Program-made: the position numbers and the translations under genes
From: Bacillota bacterium
Lineage (GTDB): Bacteria > Bacillota > UBA4882 > UBA10575
Assembly (NCBI GenBank): GCA_012838955.1
Contig: DUOH01000006.1
Span: 1 to 32,000, forward strand
Length of the DNA: 32,000 bases
Direction: 5' to 3'
Shown here: piece by piece, positions 8,820 through 17,659 of the stretch
Numbering within the stretch: the first letter of the stretch is position 1
How the letters are laid out: each line of letters begins with the position of its first letter
Notes under the pieces: model-generated
Database searches by the model: none
Told to the model about the DNA's origin: nothing
Seen by the model: the letters and a program-made list of their open reading frames with translations, nothing else

Positions 8820-9794
8820 TCATGATCTGGGTATATCCGCGCCTTCCCGCTTCAGTTCTTCTTCTTTTCTTCGTTGCCAAGCGACGAAATCCTCTTCCAA
8901 TCTGGATTTTTCTTCTTGATAACGAATTCTCATTTCCATTAACAATTCTCGCTCAAAGTTGACCAGTTCCGCTTCGCCGGCGGCAACCCGCCTTTGGATA
9001 AACGCGGCAAGTTCCTCTTCAAATTCAGCCGTCCTGGTCACCGTTTTAACTTGCATCTCGTCTTTAATCTTTGCCATTTCTTCTTTTAGTCTCACCTGAT
9101 CCTCTTCAGGCAACCCCGGCAATTGCAGTTTAAATTGGATATTTGTCAACTGCAGAAAATATTCGGCCTCGATCTGCTTATTGTATTCAGTAATCTTCCT
9201 CTCCATACTCAATCTCTTATCTTCAGTGGCTTCCTCAATTTCTTTGCTGATCTGCTCTTTTTTCTTTTGCAATCTGGATTGAAATTCCCGCTCAAGATCA
9301 GCGGCAAAGCGTTTTAAGGTTTCCGCGTTAAGTTGAGCGCGTTCCCTTATTTCAAGCCGGTAGGAGAGGAGCTCTGATAAAGCATCCCCTTGGTTATTCC
9401 GCCGTTTCTCCTCTGCTGAATGTCTGGAAGTGACGGCCGAATTTTTCGGGCCCCAGTTGGTAATCTGCTGAAAAAAAGCGTTTACTTCTTTGCGTAAACT
9501 TCCATAAGCCGACCAGGAACCCTTTGTTTCCTGGGACAAATTACCGGTCGATCCTGCGGTCGTCTCCGTACTCTCCGCAATGGAAATCCGTGCTTCTTTG
9601 CGATCACTAAATAAGCCTCTTTTACCGATGGTGAAAAGACTAATGATCAGAAGAAGGATGGTTAAGATGGAAATTACGTCGGTTCTTCTTCTCTGTACAC
9701 CCGTAAGCACGCGCGGGCGACCACGAGTAGGCTCATTTCTATAGAGACTATGCAAAAATCTAGTAAAAAGCCTAAAGCGTTTAATCTCTACCAA
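8820..9794 (-). CDS. hypothetical membrane-anchored coiled-coil protein (basic N-terminus, one TM helix, about 200 aa of Glu/Lys/Arg-rich heptad-like sequence)
   Basis: 324-aa ORF with a TTG start. TM segment VISILTILLLIISLFTIG at about aa 40-57. The C-terminal half reads RLEIRERAQLNAETLKRFAADLEREFQSRLQKKKEQISKEIEEATEDKRL...EEKSRLEEDFVAWQRRKEEELKRE. I recognise no family. The start codon is uncertain because the SD AAGGGGA is only 1 nt from the TTG. Confidence 0.55.
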   Translation of the reverse strand: MVEIKRFRLFTRFLHSLYRNEPTRGRPRVLTGVQRRRTDVISILTILLLIISLFTIGKRGLFSDRKEARISIAESTETTAGSTGNLSQETKGSWSAYGSLRKEVNAFFQQITNWGPKNSAVTSRHSAEEKRRNNQGDALSELLSYRLEIRERAQLNAETLKRFAADLEREFQSRLQKKKEQISKEIEEATEDKRLSMERKITEYNKQIEAEYFLQLTNIQFKLQLPGLPEEDQVRLKEEMAKIKDEMQVKTVTRTAEFEEELAAFIQRRVAAGEAELVNFERELLMEMRIRYQEEKSRLEEDFVAWQRRKEEELKREGADIPRS

Positions 9795-9822
9795 TCCCCT
9801 TATTTGGTGATCATTAATTTGC

Positions 9823-9858
9823 TTCGCAAATTACTTCGTAAATTATTACGTAAACTTA
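9823..9858. repeat. 12-bp tandem repeat x3 (ttcgcaaattac / ttcgtaaattat / tacgtaaactta) upstream of the coiled-coil gene
   Basis: Read directly from the sequence. It contains the 8-bp palindrome TTACGTAA (9846-9853). It is followed by a second direct-repeat pair, catagattttttatc (9865-9879) and cgtagatttttatc (9885-9898). Confidence 0.7.
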
Positions 9859-9989
9859 TTTATTCATAGATTTTTTATCTAATCCGTAGATTTTTATCGG
9901 CTTATTCGTTTCATGGATAATGGATTTCGCTTCTTTCATTTTACAGGTTTTCCATGCCAGGCAGTGATTCCGGACTTTTCTTTATGAAC

Positions 9990-10042
9990 ACCCAAGAATA
10001 TCTTGGGTATGAAGCGGATCACGCATTCAAAGCGTGATCTGC
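9990..10042 (-). other. two adjacent hairpins immediately downstream of the skp stop (possible terminator lacking a U-tract)
   Basis: acccaaga-ata-tcttgggt (9990-10008, 8-bp stem) and gcggatcacgc-attcaaa-gcgtgatctgc (10014-10042, 11 bp with one G-T pair). Neither strand shows a T-run after them. Confidence 0.3.
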
Positions 10043-10075
10043 TCCATGCTCCGCACTATATGGCAATTCTCCACC

Positions 10076-10645
10076 TTATTTAGTGGCTTTTTGCGCCTCT
10101 GCGATCACCTTGTCCGTTAAATCCAATCCGCCATAAAAGACCAGTTTTTTCTCGAGAACAACTGTGACTCCGGCCTCTGTGGCTACTTTTTCCACTATGC
10201 CATTGATCTTCTCCATCACCTTCTCATATTCCCGTTGTAGCTCTGCGGACAATCTCGCTCTTTCATTCTGGATTTTGCTCTGACTTTCTACCATAATTTT
10301 CTGCAATTTTTCGTTATACTCTTTATCAATGGCGTTCTTCTCTTCTGTATTCTTCCCTTGTTTCTTTTCGTCCCGTTCTTTTTCCAAGCGGACGCGGTCA
10401 TTATTAAACTGGGTCTGAATATACTGTGCATAGGAGTTTAATTCCGCATCTTTGCTTTGCGCCAATTTTTGAAAGTCCTGTAACTCCTGTAAACTACTTT
10501 GGATCTTTTCCATGTCAATATATCCTACAGTCTGCTTCGGAGCGGCCGCCCGAACTGTGCTATTGACGAAGACAAAAGCCACGGAAAAAACCAAGACTAC
10601 CGCAAGTATACTGATTATAGGGTTCTTTTTCATAATATCTCTCAT
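10076..10645 (-). CDS. skp: OmpH/Skp-family periplasmic chaperone
   Basis: 189 aa with a signal peptide ending VRA-AAP. Shows VGYIDMEKI, then a long charged coiled region, then the C-terminal GVTVVLEKKLVFYGGLDLTDKVI typical of OmpH. Located next to bamA. Confidence 0.8.
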   Translation of the reverse strand: MRDIMKKNPIISILAVVLVFSVAFVFVNSTVRAAAPKQTVGYIDMEKIQSSLQELQDFQKLAQSKDAELNSYAQYIQTQFNNDRVRLEKERDEKKQGKNTEEKNAIDKEYNEKLQKIMVESQSKIQNERARLSAELQREYEKVMEKINGIVEKVATEAGVTVVLEKKLVFYGGLDLTDKVIAEAQKATK

Positions 10646-10766
10646 CCTTCTTCTTATTATTTCTTAAATATTAATCATAAGGTTCATACCTTTGATTTAC
10701 GTAAAGGATATTTGGTCTCTGCCAAGATAATCCGTTTTTTCCCAATACTATAATAACATTATGGTA

Positions 10767-12488
10767 TTAAAACATCTCGGAGATGAAGAAGTGTGTTTTT
10801 TGCTCTCCTTCTTGATCCCAGGCAAAATCAAGACGGAGCTGCCCTAAGAAAGGCACTATATACCTAACACCGATCCCGTAACCATAGTTGAACTCCTCAC
10901 GATCTACGGACCCCACGTCATAAAAGGCTACCAGCTCGACGTTTTCATTGGCGGAAAACCTCTGCCTTAACTCGAGATTGGCTAAGAATAAATCAGTTCC
11001 TTCAAAAACACCAGTACTATAACCTCTTAGCGACATGGGACCGCCGATTTCAAACTTGCCGGTAACCGGCACCTCGCCAACCATAGTTCCGCCCTTTACC
11101 CGATAGGCAAAAGTGGTATACTGCCAAGGAGAAATGAATTGTTTATATTCCGCGAGATATTGTTGGTAATCATATTCGCCCCCCAGATAACGCCCGTGTA
11201 AGCTGGTACTTAACTTAGCCCAGTATCCATCGACACTATAGAATATATTAGCCAATTCCCTCTTATCCTGCACGAGACCAATCCCGAAACTATTGTCCCA
11301 GTACTCATTATCAACAGGTAGCGCTACGGAAGCAAGCAAATTGCCTTGCGGATCAATTTCAACTTTTTCAAATTGCAGCGAAGTGTCGACTCGCAGATCA
11401 TGGGCTAAGGGGCGTCCCAGGCTTAGCTCCAAGCCTGTACCCTTCTCGTCGTAATTAAAATTGCCAAATCCATAATCATCGCCATCCAGATCGAAATCGT
11501 AATTGGCGTACATAGTCAGACCAAAAGAAGTTTGCTTATCGTCAAGCCATGGTTCATAAAACTCAAAACTCAAATGATAAAAGTCTTCCGGATTCATTTC
11601 CACGTTAAACGAGATCCTTTGTCCCAAACCGATCAAATTCGGTTCCATCACTGAAACGAAGCCCGCCAACTGGCTGGATTTGGGCGTGTAAGTTATACCA
11701 AAGTTAAACTGAGCGGTTTGCCCTTCCTCAAACTCCAAAAGCAAATCCATGACTTCAGGATCGGAAGTGGGTTGAGGAAGCGGTCTGATCTCTTTAAAAA
11801 GTTGCAGTCTGGTTAGGCGTTGATAATCGTAGCGTAGCTTATTCATATCGAACAACTCGTTTTCCTGCATGGTTAATTCCCTGGTGACCACCGTTTCCTT
11901 GGTCTTCTCCAAACCTTCGATTTTGATCTTGCCCAGCTTCACCTCGGTCATGTGCAGAGTAACCACGCCATCTGCGGAGATGGCAGTCTGTTTTTCTAGG
12001 ACGGTTAAGACCAAACCCTTTTCTTGCTGATATTTTGTGATGGCTGTGCTTAAATCTTCCCGAATCTGCGCGTAATTTATGATCTCTCCCTGTTTCTGTG
12101 TGAAATGTTTGATGATCTCCTCAGGGTCGGCCTTTTTTAAGCCGATAATTTCAAACTTCTGAAAAACAGGGTTTTCATGAACCTCAAAAACGAGCTTCAC
12201 CCCACCGATAAACGGCTCGGTATGGGCATCCACTGCGCTGAAATAACCCAATTGATTAATAGCGTTCAAATCCTTCTTGACTGCTTCCTGATCAAGAGGT
12301 TCGCCCAAACGAATATTTGTTACTACCCTGAGAATCGTATCTTCGTTAATATGCTGATTACCAGTGACCTCCACCGAGAGAACCAATGGCGTGGTCACAG
12401 TTTCTTCGATGGCCTGAGCGGGAGCGGTAAACGCAACTGTAAAAAAGAGCAATGGGCAGAGTAAGATCTTAAAAACTAACTTCACCAA
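10767..12488 (-). CDS. bamA: BamA/Omp85-family outer-membrane protein insertase (POTRA repeats + 16-strand barrel)
   Basis: The track ORF begins at 12539. AAGGAGG at 12494-12500 favours TTG 12488 (or GTG 12485), which gives the signal peptide VKLVFKILLCPLLFFTVAFTAPAQA. POTRA-like units: VLSVEVTGNQHINEDTILRVV..., FEIIGLKKADPEEIIKHF..., KIEGLEKTKETVVTRELTMQENELF. The C-terminal barrel ends in ...HFFISEMF (terminal Phe). Confidence 0.85.
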   Translation of the reverse strand: MVKLVFKILLCPLLFFTVAFTAPAQAIEETVTTPLVLSVEVTGNQHINEDTILRVVTNIRLGEPLDQEAVKKDLNAINQLGYFSAVDAHTEPFIGGVKLVFEVHENPVFQKFEIIGLKKADPEEIIKHFTQKQGEIINYAQIREDLSTAITKYQQEKGLVLTVLEKQTAISADGVVTLHMTEVKLGKIKIEGLEKTKETVVTRELTMQENELFDMNKLRYDYQRLTRLQLFKEIRPLPQPTSDPEVMDLLLEFEEGQTAQFNFGITYTPKSSQLAGFVSVMEPNLIGLGQRISFNVEMNPEDFYHLSFEFYEPWLDDKQTSFGLTMYANYDFDLDGDDYGFGNFNYDEKGTGLELSLGRPLAHDLRVDTSLQFEKVEIDPQGNLLASVALPVDNEYWDNSFGIGLVQDKRELANIFYSVDGYWAKLSTSLHGRYLGGEYDYQQYLAEYKQFISPWQYTTFAYRVKGGTMVGEVPVTGKFEIGGPMSLRGYSTGVFEGTDLFLANLELRQRFSANENVELVAFYDVGSVDREEFNYGYGIGVRYIVPFLGQLRLDFAWDQEGEQKTHFFISEMF

Positions 12489-12677
12489 GTCAGCCTCCTT
12501 CTTTGGAACTGGGTGATACAAAAAGGTTTCAATTTTCATGTGCGTATTGCCGTTGCAAGCGTTTCTGGCGCCGCCTTAAAGGAAATTCGTTATACAACCT
12601 GAGTTTCCTGCCACCGTTGGGGAAAGATTTTACGGAAACTATGGCAAATATTAGCAGGCGCGAGCAAGCAGGCATGA

Positions 12678-15600
12678 TTAAAACATTAGTCTGTACAACA
12701 GTTGCCATTCATATCCGGAATTATTGGAATAGTCCCCGATTAAGGAGAATGACGGCGATAATTGCCATTCCAGTGTCCAAACTTCCTCTGTAATATCAGT
12801 CAAGCTTCTGCTGTAAGAGAGGTAAACATCGTCATCTAAAGATTTTCCCAAATTCATTTTGAAGCTTCCTAAATCACGATCCTGTTCTACACTTAAATAA
12901 TCTATATTCATCAGATCCCGAAACTCATCCATCACCGGTCCGAACAAGGTATCTGTCACAGTATTAATGTTGCCTTGCACCAGATTGGCCACGAAAATCT
13001 GATCAGAGGAGTTTGCAAAACCTTCCGCCCAATTAAGCAGTGCGAAGATCTCTTCTCTGGTCATCGCCGGATTCGAAGTCAGATGCAGAGCCAATTCATC
13101 ACCTAACCAACCCTGGGTGCTTAAGGTAATCTCTGTACCGGAGAGATGAAGGTCCGCCTCCAACTCAAGATAAGGCAGGGTCAGATACTCCGGTTTAAAC
13201 TCCGCCCTGGCCGTATTAATCCGGAAGGTGTCTCCATAGACCGTAACCGAACCTCGATCGGCGGTGAACTCTCCGTTCAACACCGGTTGCTTAAGCGTCC
13301 CCCCCACATGAACTCCTCCACTGATTGGAATATTGGCTAATCCGTATTGACGGAAGTAAACGTCACGACCGGCTCTAATATCCAGGTCAAAACGGAGAGT
13401 CAAATCACTCGGGGAACCCGAAGAATTTAACGAGCCTATAGAGATCCGGGTCTTTTCTACAGTAACACCTCCGCTCAGTAGAGGCTCGGTGAAAGGTCCG
13501 GATAATTGCAACCGGGCGTCGATCAACCCTTTAAAAAGTGGATTTTCATAATGCAGATTGTCTCCGCTGAAGCTAAGGTCAAAGTCAACCGGTTTTAAGC
13601 CACGGAGCGCAATACCGCCCCCGGCATGAAAACGTCCATCTCCATACCTGCCTTTTAACTCCGTAATCTCCAAACGATCCTTGGAAAAGTTCAGCTTGCC
13701 TTGGACATTGCGAAACTCTTCGGGCAATCCGCGAAAAGTGGCGCCCAGATCATTTACCTCCAATCTACCCTGTAAATATAGGTTATTCCATATCCCTTTT
13801 AACGACAAGTCACTGTTGATAGTTCCGGATTGCAGGCGATTCCCGCTGGACAGCGGAACGTCCAATGATGAACCGGCTTCCGGTGAGTCGGCAAAAAACG
13901 GATTAAGCAAAACGGCTTCCAAATCATCGGCCACCAGCCTTACGTTCCATTCCTGGTTTTGATGGGGCCACCGGCTCGGCAGATCCAGGGGGCCAAACCA
14001 TTGAGGGCTTAACGGTATATTACCCCAAATCTTGAGTTTATCCTCAACTCCTTCATAATTTATGAAGAGTAAATCATCATCAAGTTCTCCGGTAAGATGA
14101 AAGGAGGGAATTCTGGTCTTGCCGAAGAAGGCGTCGGAGATCCCCCCGGAAAATACTCCGGTCATTCCCTGTGGCAAAGTATCAAAATCCGCCTGTAAAT
14201 TGACACGGCCGGTGAAACCCTGATCATAATCGGTCAAAGCCACTATGGTTTCCAGGGGAAAGTTACTCATCCTGACTGATGCTTGCAGATATTTACCAGG
14301 AGTGTAGACGCCGGAAGCCGAGAATTGTCCCTCCCGGTCATCCAGTAACAACCTGTTGATCGCAACGGTCTTCCCTTCCATCTGTAGATCCAGTTCTCCT
14401 GAAATATCGCTGAAACCGTTCACCCGTCCCTCCCGAAATTGGGAGATGACCCGAACGAGCGGCTGATTTAACGGACCCAATACCCGAAGATATCCGTCAA
14501 CTTTCCCGTCGACAGTAGCCTTGCTGGAGGCGCCGAGCACCAACAATAGATCGGAGATCCTCGCCTCCTCCATTTTAATACCTAAGTCAAGAGCAGGTTT
14601 TTCTTGGTGAAGAGTGCGGTTAAAATCCACTTGCCCATAGGCCATCAGTTGCTGATCCGCACGGTTCACCCGTAATTCATCGAGGAACAGGATCTTATCC
14701 CTCCAGATTAATTTACCGGTGATCTGATCCAAATCTAAACCAGCCAGGCTTAATTCGTCTACCTTTACCTCTCCGTTAAAAACCGGCGCAGTTATCTTTC
14801 CGGAAATTCTGCCGTCCATCTTCAATTGTCCGGTGATTTCTTTCCCTGCTAAAGCCAGAAGATACTCCCCGTTGCGCTGTAGAGCCGTTAAGGGAAGACC
14901 CGTGGTCAGGACGTTTAAATCCAGTTCAGCTCCGGTCATCTTTCCGGTTATGCTCAATTCGCCACCGTCTTGATAAAAACGGAGTTCCTCCAGGCTTAGA
15001 ATACGATTATTCCAGACAAAACCGGCTTTAACCCGCTCCACTGCCATACCATAGAGGGATAATTGATTTAGGGAGAATTCCCCGCTGAGCTCCGGATTTT
15101 TCCATCCTTGAAGCGAAACCCGCACAGCGCCCAAACCATCCACTTGTACCGGACACTCAGGAGACCACAAAAGCGAGAGGATGGGATCAGCAGTGATATC
15201 TGTACCGTACAGGCGCAAATCATAATAAGGTTGCTGCTCCCAACAGACTTCTCCCGTAATCCTCAGTTGATTGCCTTCCACCAGCAAACTTGAGTCTTGA
15301 AGCTCGATCCGCCGCCCGGCAAGAATTCCGCGGAGTTTAAGATCACCAAGGCGTTTTTCCGCATATGTCAAGTTATGCACTTCCAGCCAGCCCTCACCCA
15401 CCGGACCTTTCTGCTCATTTTGCACATTAATGGAGCCATTGAGCTTTCCTTGAAGCGCGCCTTGCTCGGACCAGACTTCTCCCGGCAGCCATCGGGAATC
15501 CACTTCCAAATTGCGCAGGAGAAGATCGGCAGAGAAATTACTGGTCCCGGGTTTCCACACCACATCCCCGCGCATGGCGCCATCTGCTTTCGTCAAGGCT

Positions 15601-17480
15601 AACCTGGCGGTGACTTCTTCTTGATCCCAAAAGATTTTGGTGTCTAACAGATCAAACTCGAACCCGCCGACACTTGCCTTCCGTACATTCAAATCACAAA
15701 CAGCCTGCAGAGACGGGAGAGAGCCGTTTAACGTCAGTTGGAAGTCGGCTCGGCCGGTCAGGGCAGGAACCTCTTCCGCTACCTCTCGCCAAGGGATCTT
15801 GGCCAGATCAACCTGCTTCCAGTCGGTTTTTAAGTCCAAGACCATTCGATCCCGTAAGGAGCCGACGGCGCCTTTGATCCTTCCCTCCCCTGCAAACGAC
15901 CGCAAAGTTAAGGATTGGATCTTTAACAAATCTTCTTCCCAGTCGTATTCTCCGGAGAGATGAAGATTCTTCCCGGAGAAACCGCGCCAGCAAAGAAAAG
16001 AAGTATGCATCTCCCCTTTGATCAACGGAGCAGATAACCTCTTGCTGATCTGCACATCAAGATCTACCGGACCGGAGTCCAAGGACACGTGCTGGCTTAG
16101 GTCCAAAGCGGACAGGAGCTTCCCGCCTTGGAAACCTTTAATTTTGAAGGCCAGATCCAAGTCGGGATCGTCCCATCCGTTCAGTGTGCCTCTTAAAAAG
16201 AAAAGCGCCTTATTTAAATATCCCTCCGCATAAGTCAGTCTGATTTCTTCTCCATCAAGTTCGGCAAAGAGACGTAAGTGTTCCAAGTTGAAGTCTCCTC
16301 CCGGAAGAGAAAAACTGCCGTCCTTCAGCCGGACCTCTCCCTGAAGCTGCGGTTTATTGAGGGCTCCCTGTATCCGCAGGTTCAGATCGACCAGACCGGA
16401 GGCGCCCACCTTGTGCAAGGCGGGAACAAGACCACTCCACTCAACGGCCTGTAGTTCCTTGGCGTATACCTTTAGATCCACCGTCGCCGGCTGGGTGGGG
16501 GTTTCAGTACTGATCCCGCCCTTAATATCAAACTGACTTTGGTTGTAGTAACCTTTGAACCGGTGAAAATCAATGCCTTCAGCGTCAAAATCAAACTCCG
16601 CATCCACCGCTTCTAAGGGAGCGGGGAGTTTATGCCATTTGAAATCTGTATCAACCAGACGAACCTTAGCCGAAGTAAAGCGGAACCTTTCACCCCAGGA
16701 GAAACGTAATACAGCGTCAGCTTTACCTGCAGTAAACCTGTAATCATCAGTGAGCTTAAAATAGCCAAAGACCTTTTCTCCCCACAGCCGGGCCTCGCCA
16801 TTCTCCGCTTCAATCTCTACAGATCTTTTCCCGCCGTTCACGAAGTTAATGATTATTCTGCCCTCCGCTTCCGCATCAAGAGAGCTTCGGAAGGATAATG
16901 AACCTTTGATTCTGGAATAACCCCGCAGATTCACCTCACCATCTATGGCGAAGAAATCTCCCCACGGCCACTTCTCTTCCGAAGCTGTGATCTGAAGATT
17001 CCCGTTATGGATCGCCACAACCATCCCGAGTTTTCTCTGCTTTCCTGAGGTTTTACTCTTCTCCCGGAAAGTCTCGGGAACAACCCATCTTCCGTCTTCT
17101 CCTCTGGTCATCCAGACAGTAGGAGTAAAAATATCCACCTTCTGTAAAGCGCCGGAGAAACCGGTGAAAATCAGCTTAAACCAGTTAAAACTGATTCTGA
17201 GTTTCTCCGCCTCTAATAGCCGCCGCCCATCCGCCTCGCTAATCTTGATCCCGGATAATTCCGGCGACCATCCATAAAAACCCACTTGTTCAATGCTGAC
17301 CTTAATCCCAAAAGTCTTGAAAACACTTTCCTCAATTTTAGACTTCACCACAGCGGCAACCTGGTTGTTTCGCAAGATAACTCCAGGAATTATCAGCATT
17401 GAAATAATCAGGAAACACAAAATAATAAGGGGAACATAGATTTTTGAAGAAAATAACTTCAATCCAGTTCCCCCCTTCAT
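12678..17480 (-). CDS. tamB: TamB/AsmA-like giant periplasm-spanning protein (N-terminal TM anchor, C-terminal DUF490-like region)
   Basis: 1600 aa with the N-terminal TM helix IYVPLIILCFLIISMLIIPGVIL. Shows repetitive beta-rich G..L.G.V-type modules. The C-terminus reads ...VYLSYSRSLTDITEEVWTLEWQLSPSFSLIGDYSNNSGYEWQLLYRLMF. An alternative start is TTG 17462, behind AAGGGGGG. Sits directly upstream of bamA. Confidence 0.8.
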   Translation of the reverse strand: MKGGTGLKLFSSKIYVPLIILCFLIISMLIIPGVILRNNQVAAVVKSKIEESVFKTFGIKVSIEQVGFYGWSPELSGIKISEADGRRLLEAEKLRISFNWFKLIFTGFSGALQKVDIFTPTVWMTRGEDGRWVVPETFREKSKTSGKQRKLGMVVAIHNGNLQITASEEKWPWGDFFAIDGEVNLRGYSRIKGSLSFRSSLDAEAEGRIIINFVNGGKRSVEIEAENGEARLWGEKVFGYFKLTDDYRFTAGKADAVLRFSWGERFRFTSAKVRLVDTDFKWHKLPAPLEAVDAEFDFDAEGIDFHRFKGYYNQSQFDIKGGISTETPTQPATVDLKVYAKELQAVEWSGLVPALHKVGASGLVDLNLRIQGALNKPQLQGEVRLKDGSFSLPGGDFNLEHLRLFAELDGEEIRLTYAEGYLNKALFFLRGTLNGWDDPDLDLAFKIKGFQGGKLLSALDLSQHVSLDSGPVDLDVQISKRLSAPLIKGEMHTSFLCWRGFSGKNLHLSGEYDWEEDLLKIQSLTLRSFAGEGRIKGAVGSLRDRMVLDLKTDWKQVDLAKIPWREVAEEVPALTGRADFQLTLNGSLPSLQAVCDLNVRKASVGGFEFDLLDTKIFWDQEEVTARLALTKADGAMRGDVVWKPGTSNFSADLLLRNLEVDSRWLPGEVWSEQGALQGKLNGSINVQNEQKGPVGEGWLEVHNLTYAEKRLGDLKLRGILAGRRIELQDSSLLVEGNQLRITGEVCWEQQPYYDLRLYGTDITADPILSLLWSPECPVQVDGLGAVRVSLQGWKNPELSGEFSLNQLSLYGMAVERVKAGFVWNNRILSLEELRFYQDGGELSITGKMTGAELDLNVLTTGLPLTALQRNGEYLLALAGKEITGQLKMDGRISGKITAPVFNGEVKVDELSLAGLDLDQITGKLIWRDKILFLDELRVNRADQQLMAYGQVDFNRTLHQEKPALDLGIKMEEARISDLLLVLGASSKATVDGKVDGYLRVLGPLNQPLVRVISQFREGRVNGFSDISGELDLQMEGKTVAINRLLLDDREGQFSASGVYTPGKYLQASVRMSNFPLETIVALTDYDQGFTGRVNLQADFDTLPQGMTGVFSGGISDAFFGKTRIPSFHLTGELDDDLLFINYEGVEDKLKIWGNIPLSPQWFGPLDLPSRWPHQNQEWNVRLVADDLEAVLLNPFFADSPEAGSSLDVPLSSGNRLQSGTINSDLSLKGIWNNLYLQGRLEVNDLGATFRGLPEEFRNVQGKLNFSKDRLEITELKGRYGDGRFHAGGGIALRGLKPVDFDLSFSGDNLHYENPLFKGLIDARLQLSGPFTEPLLSGGVTVEKTRISIGSLNSSGSPSDLTLRFDLDIRAGRDVYFRQYGLANIPISGGVHVGGTLKQPVLNGEFTADRGSVTVYGDTFRINTARAEFKPEYLTLPYLELEADLHLSGTEITLSTQGWLGDELALHLTSNPAMTREEIFALLNWAEGFANSSDQIFVANLVQGNINTVTDTLFGPVMDEFRDLMNIDYLSVEQDRDLGSFKMNLGKSLDDDVYLSYSRSLTDITEEVWTLEWQLSPSFSLIGDYSNNSGYEWQLLYRLMF

Positions 17481-17591
17481 AGTTCAGTCAAAAGATCCCC
17501 ACGCCCAACCCGCGATACTCTCGTGTTCATTTATTTTGAGAAACCTGAAAAAAAGAAAGGCATGGGGATAGGATAGAGTTTAATAGAGACA

Positions 17592-17620
17592 ATATTATGC
17601 TATAAAATAGAACGTATCAA
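17592..17620 (-). promoter_or_regulatory. sigma-A-type promoter candidate for tamB
   Basis: The minus strand reads TTGATA-17 nt-TAATAT, about 110 nt upstream of the tamB start and just downstream of the S55 gene stop. Confidence 0.45.
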
Positions 17621-17659
17621 GGTTTAATATGTTCCTTGGAAAAATTGTCATCCCCCAAG

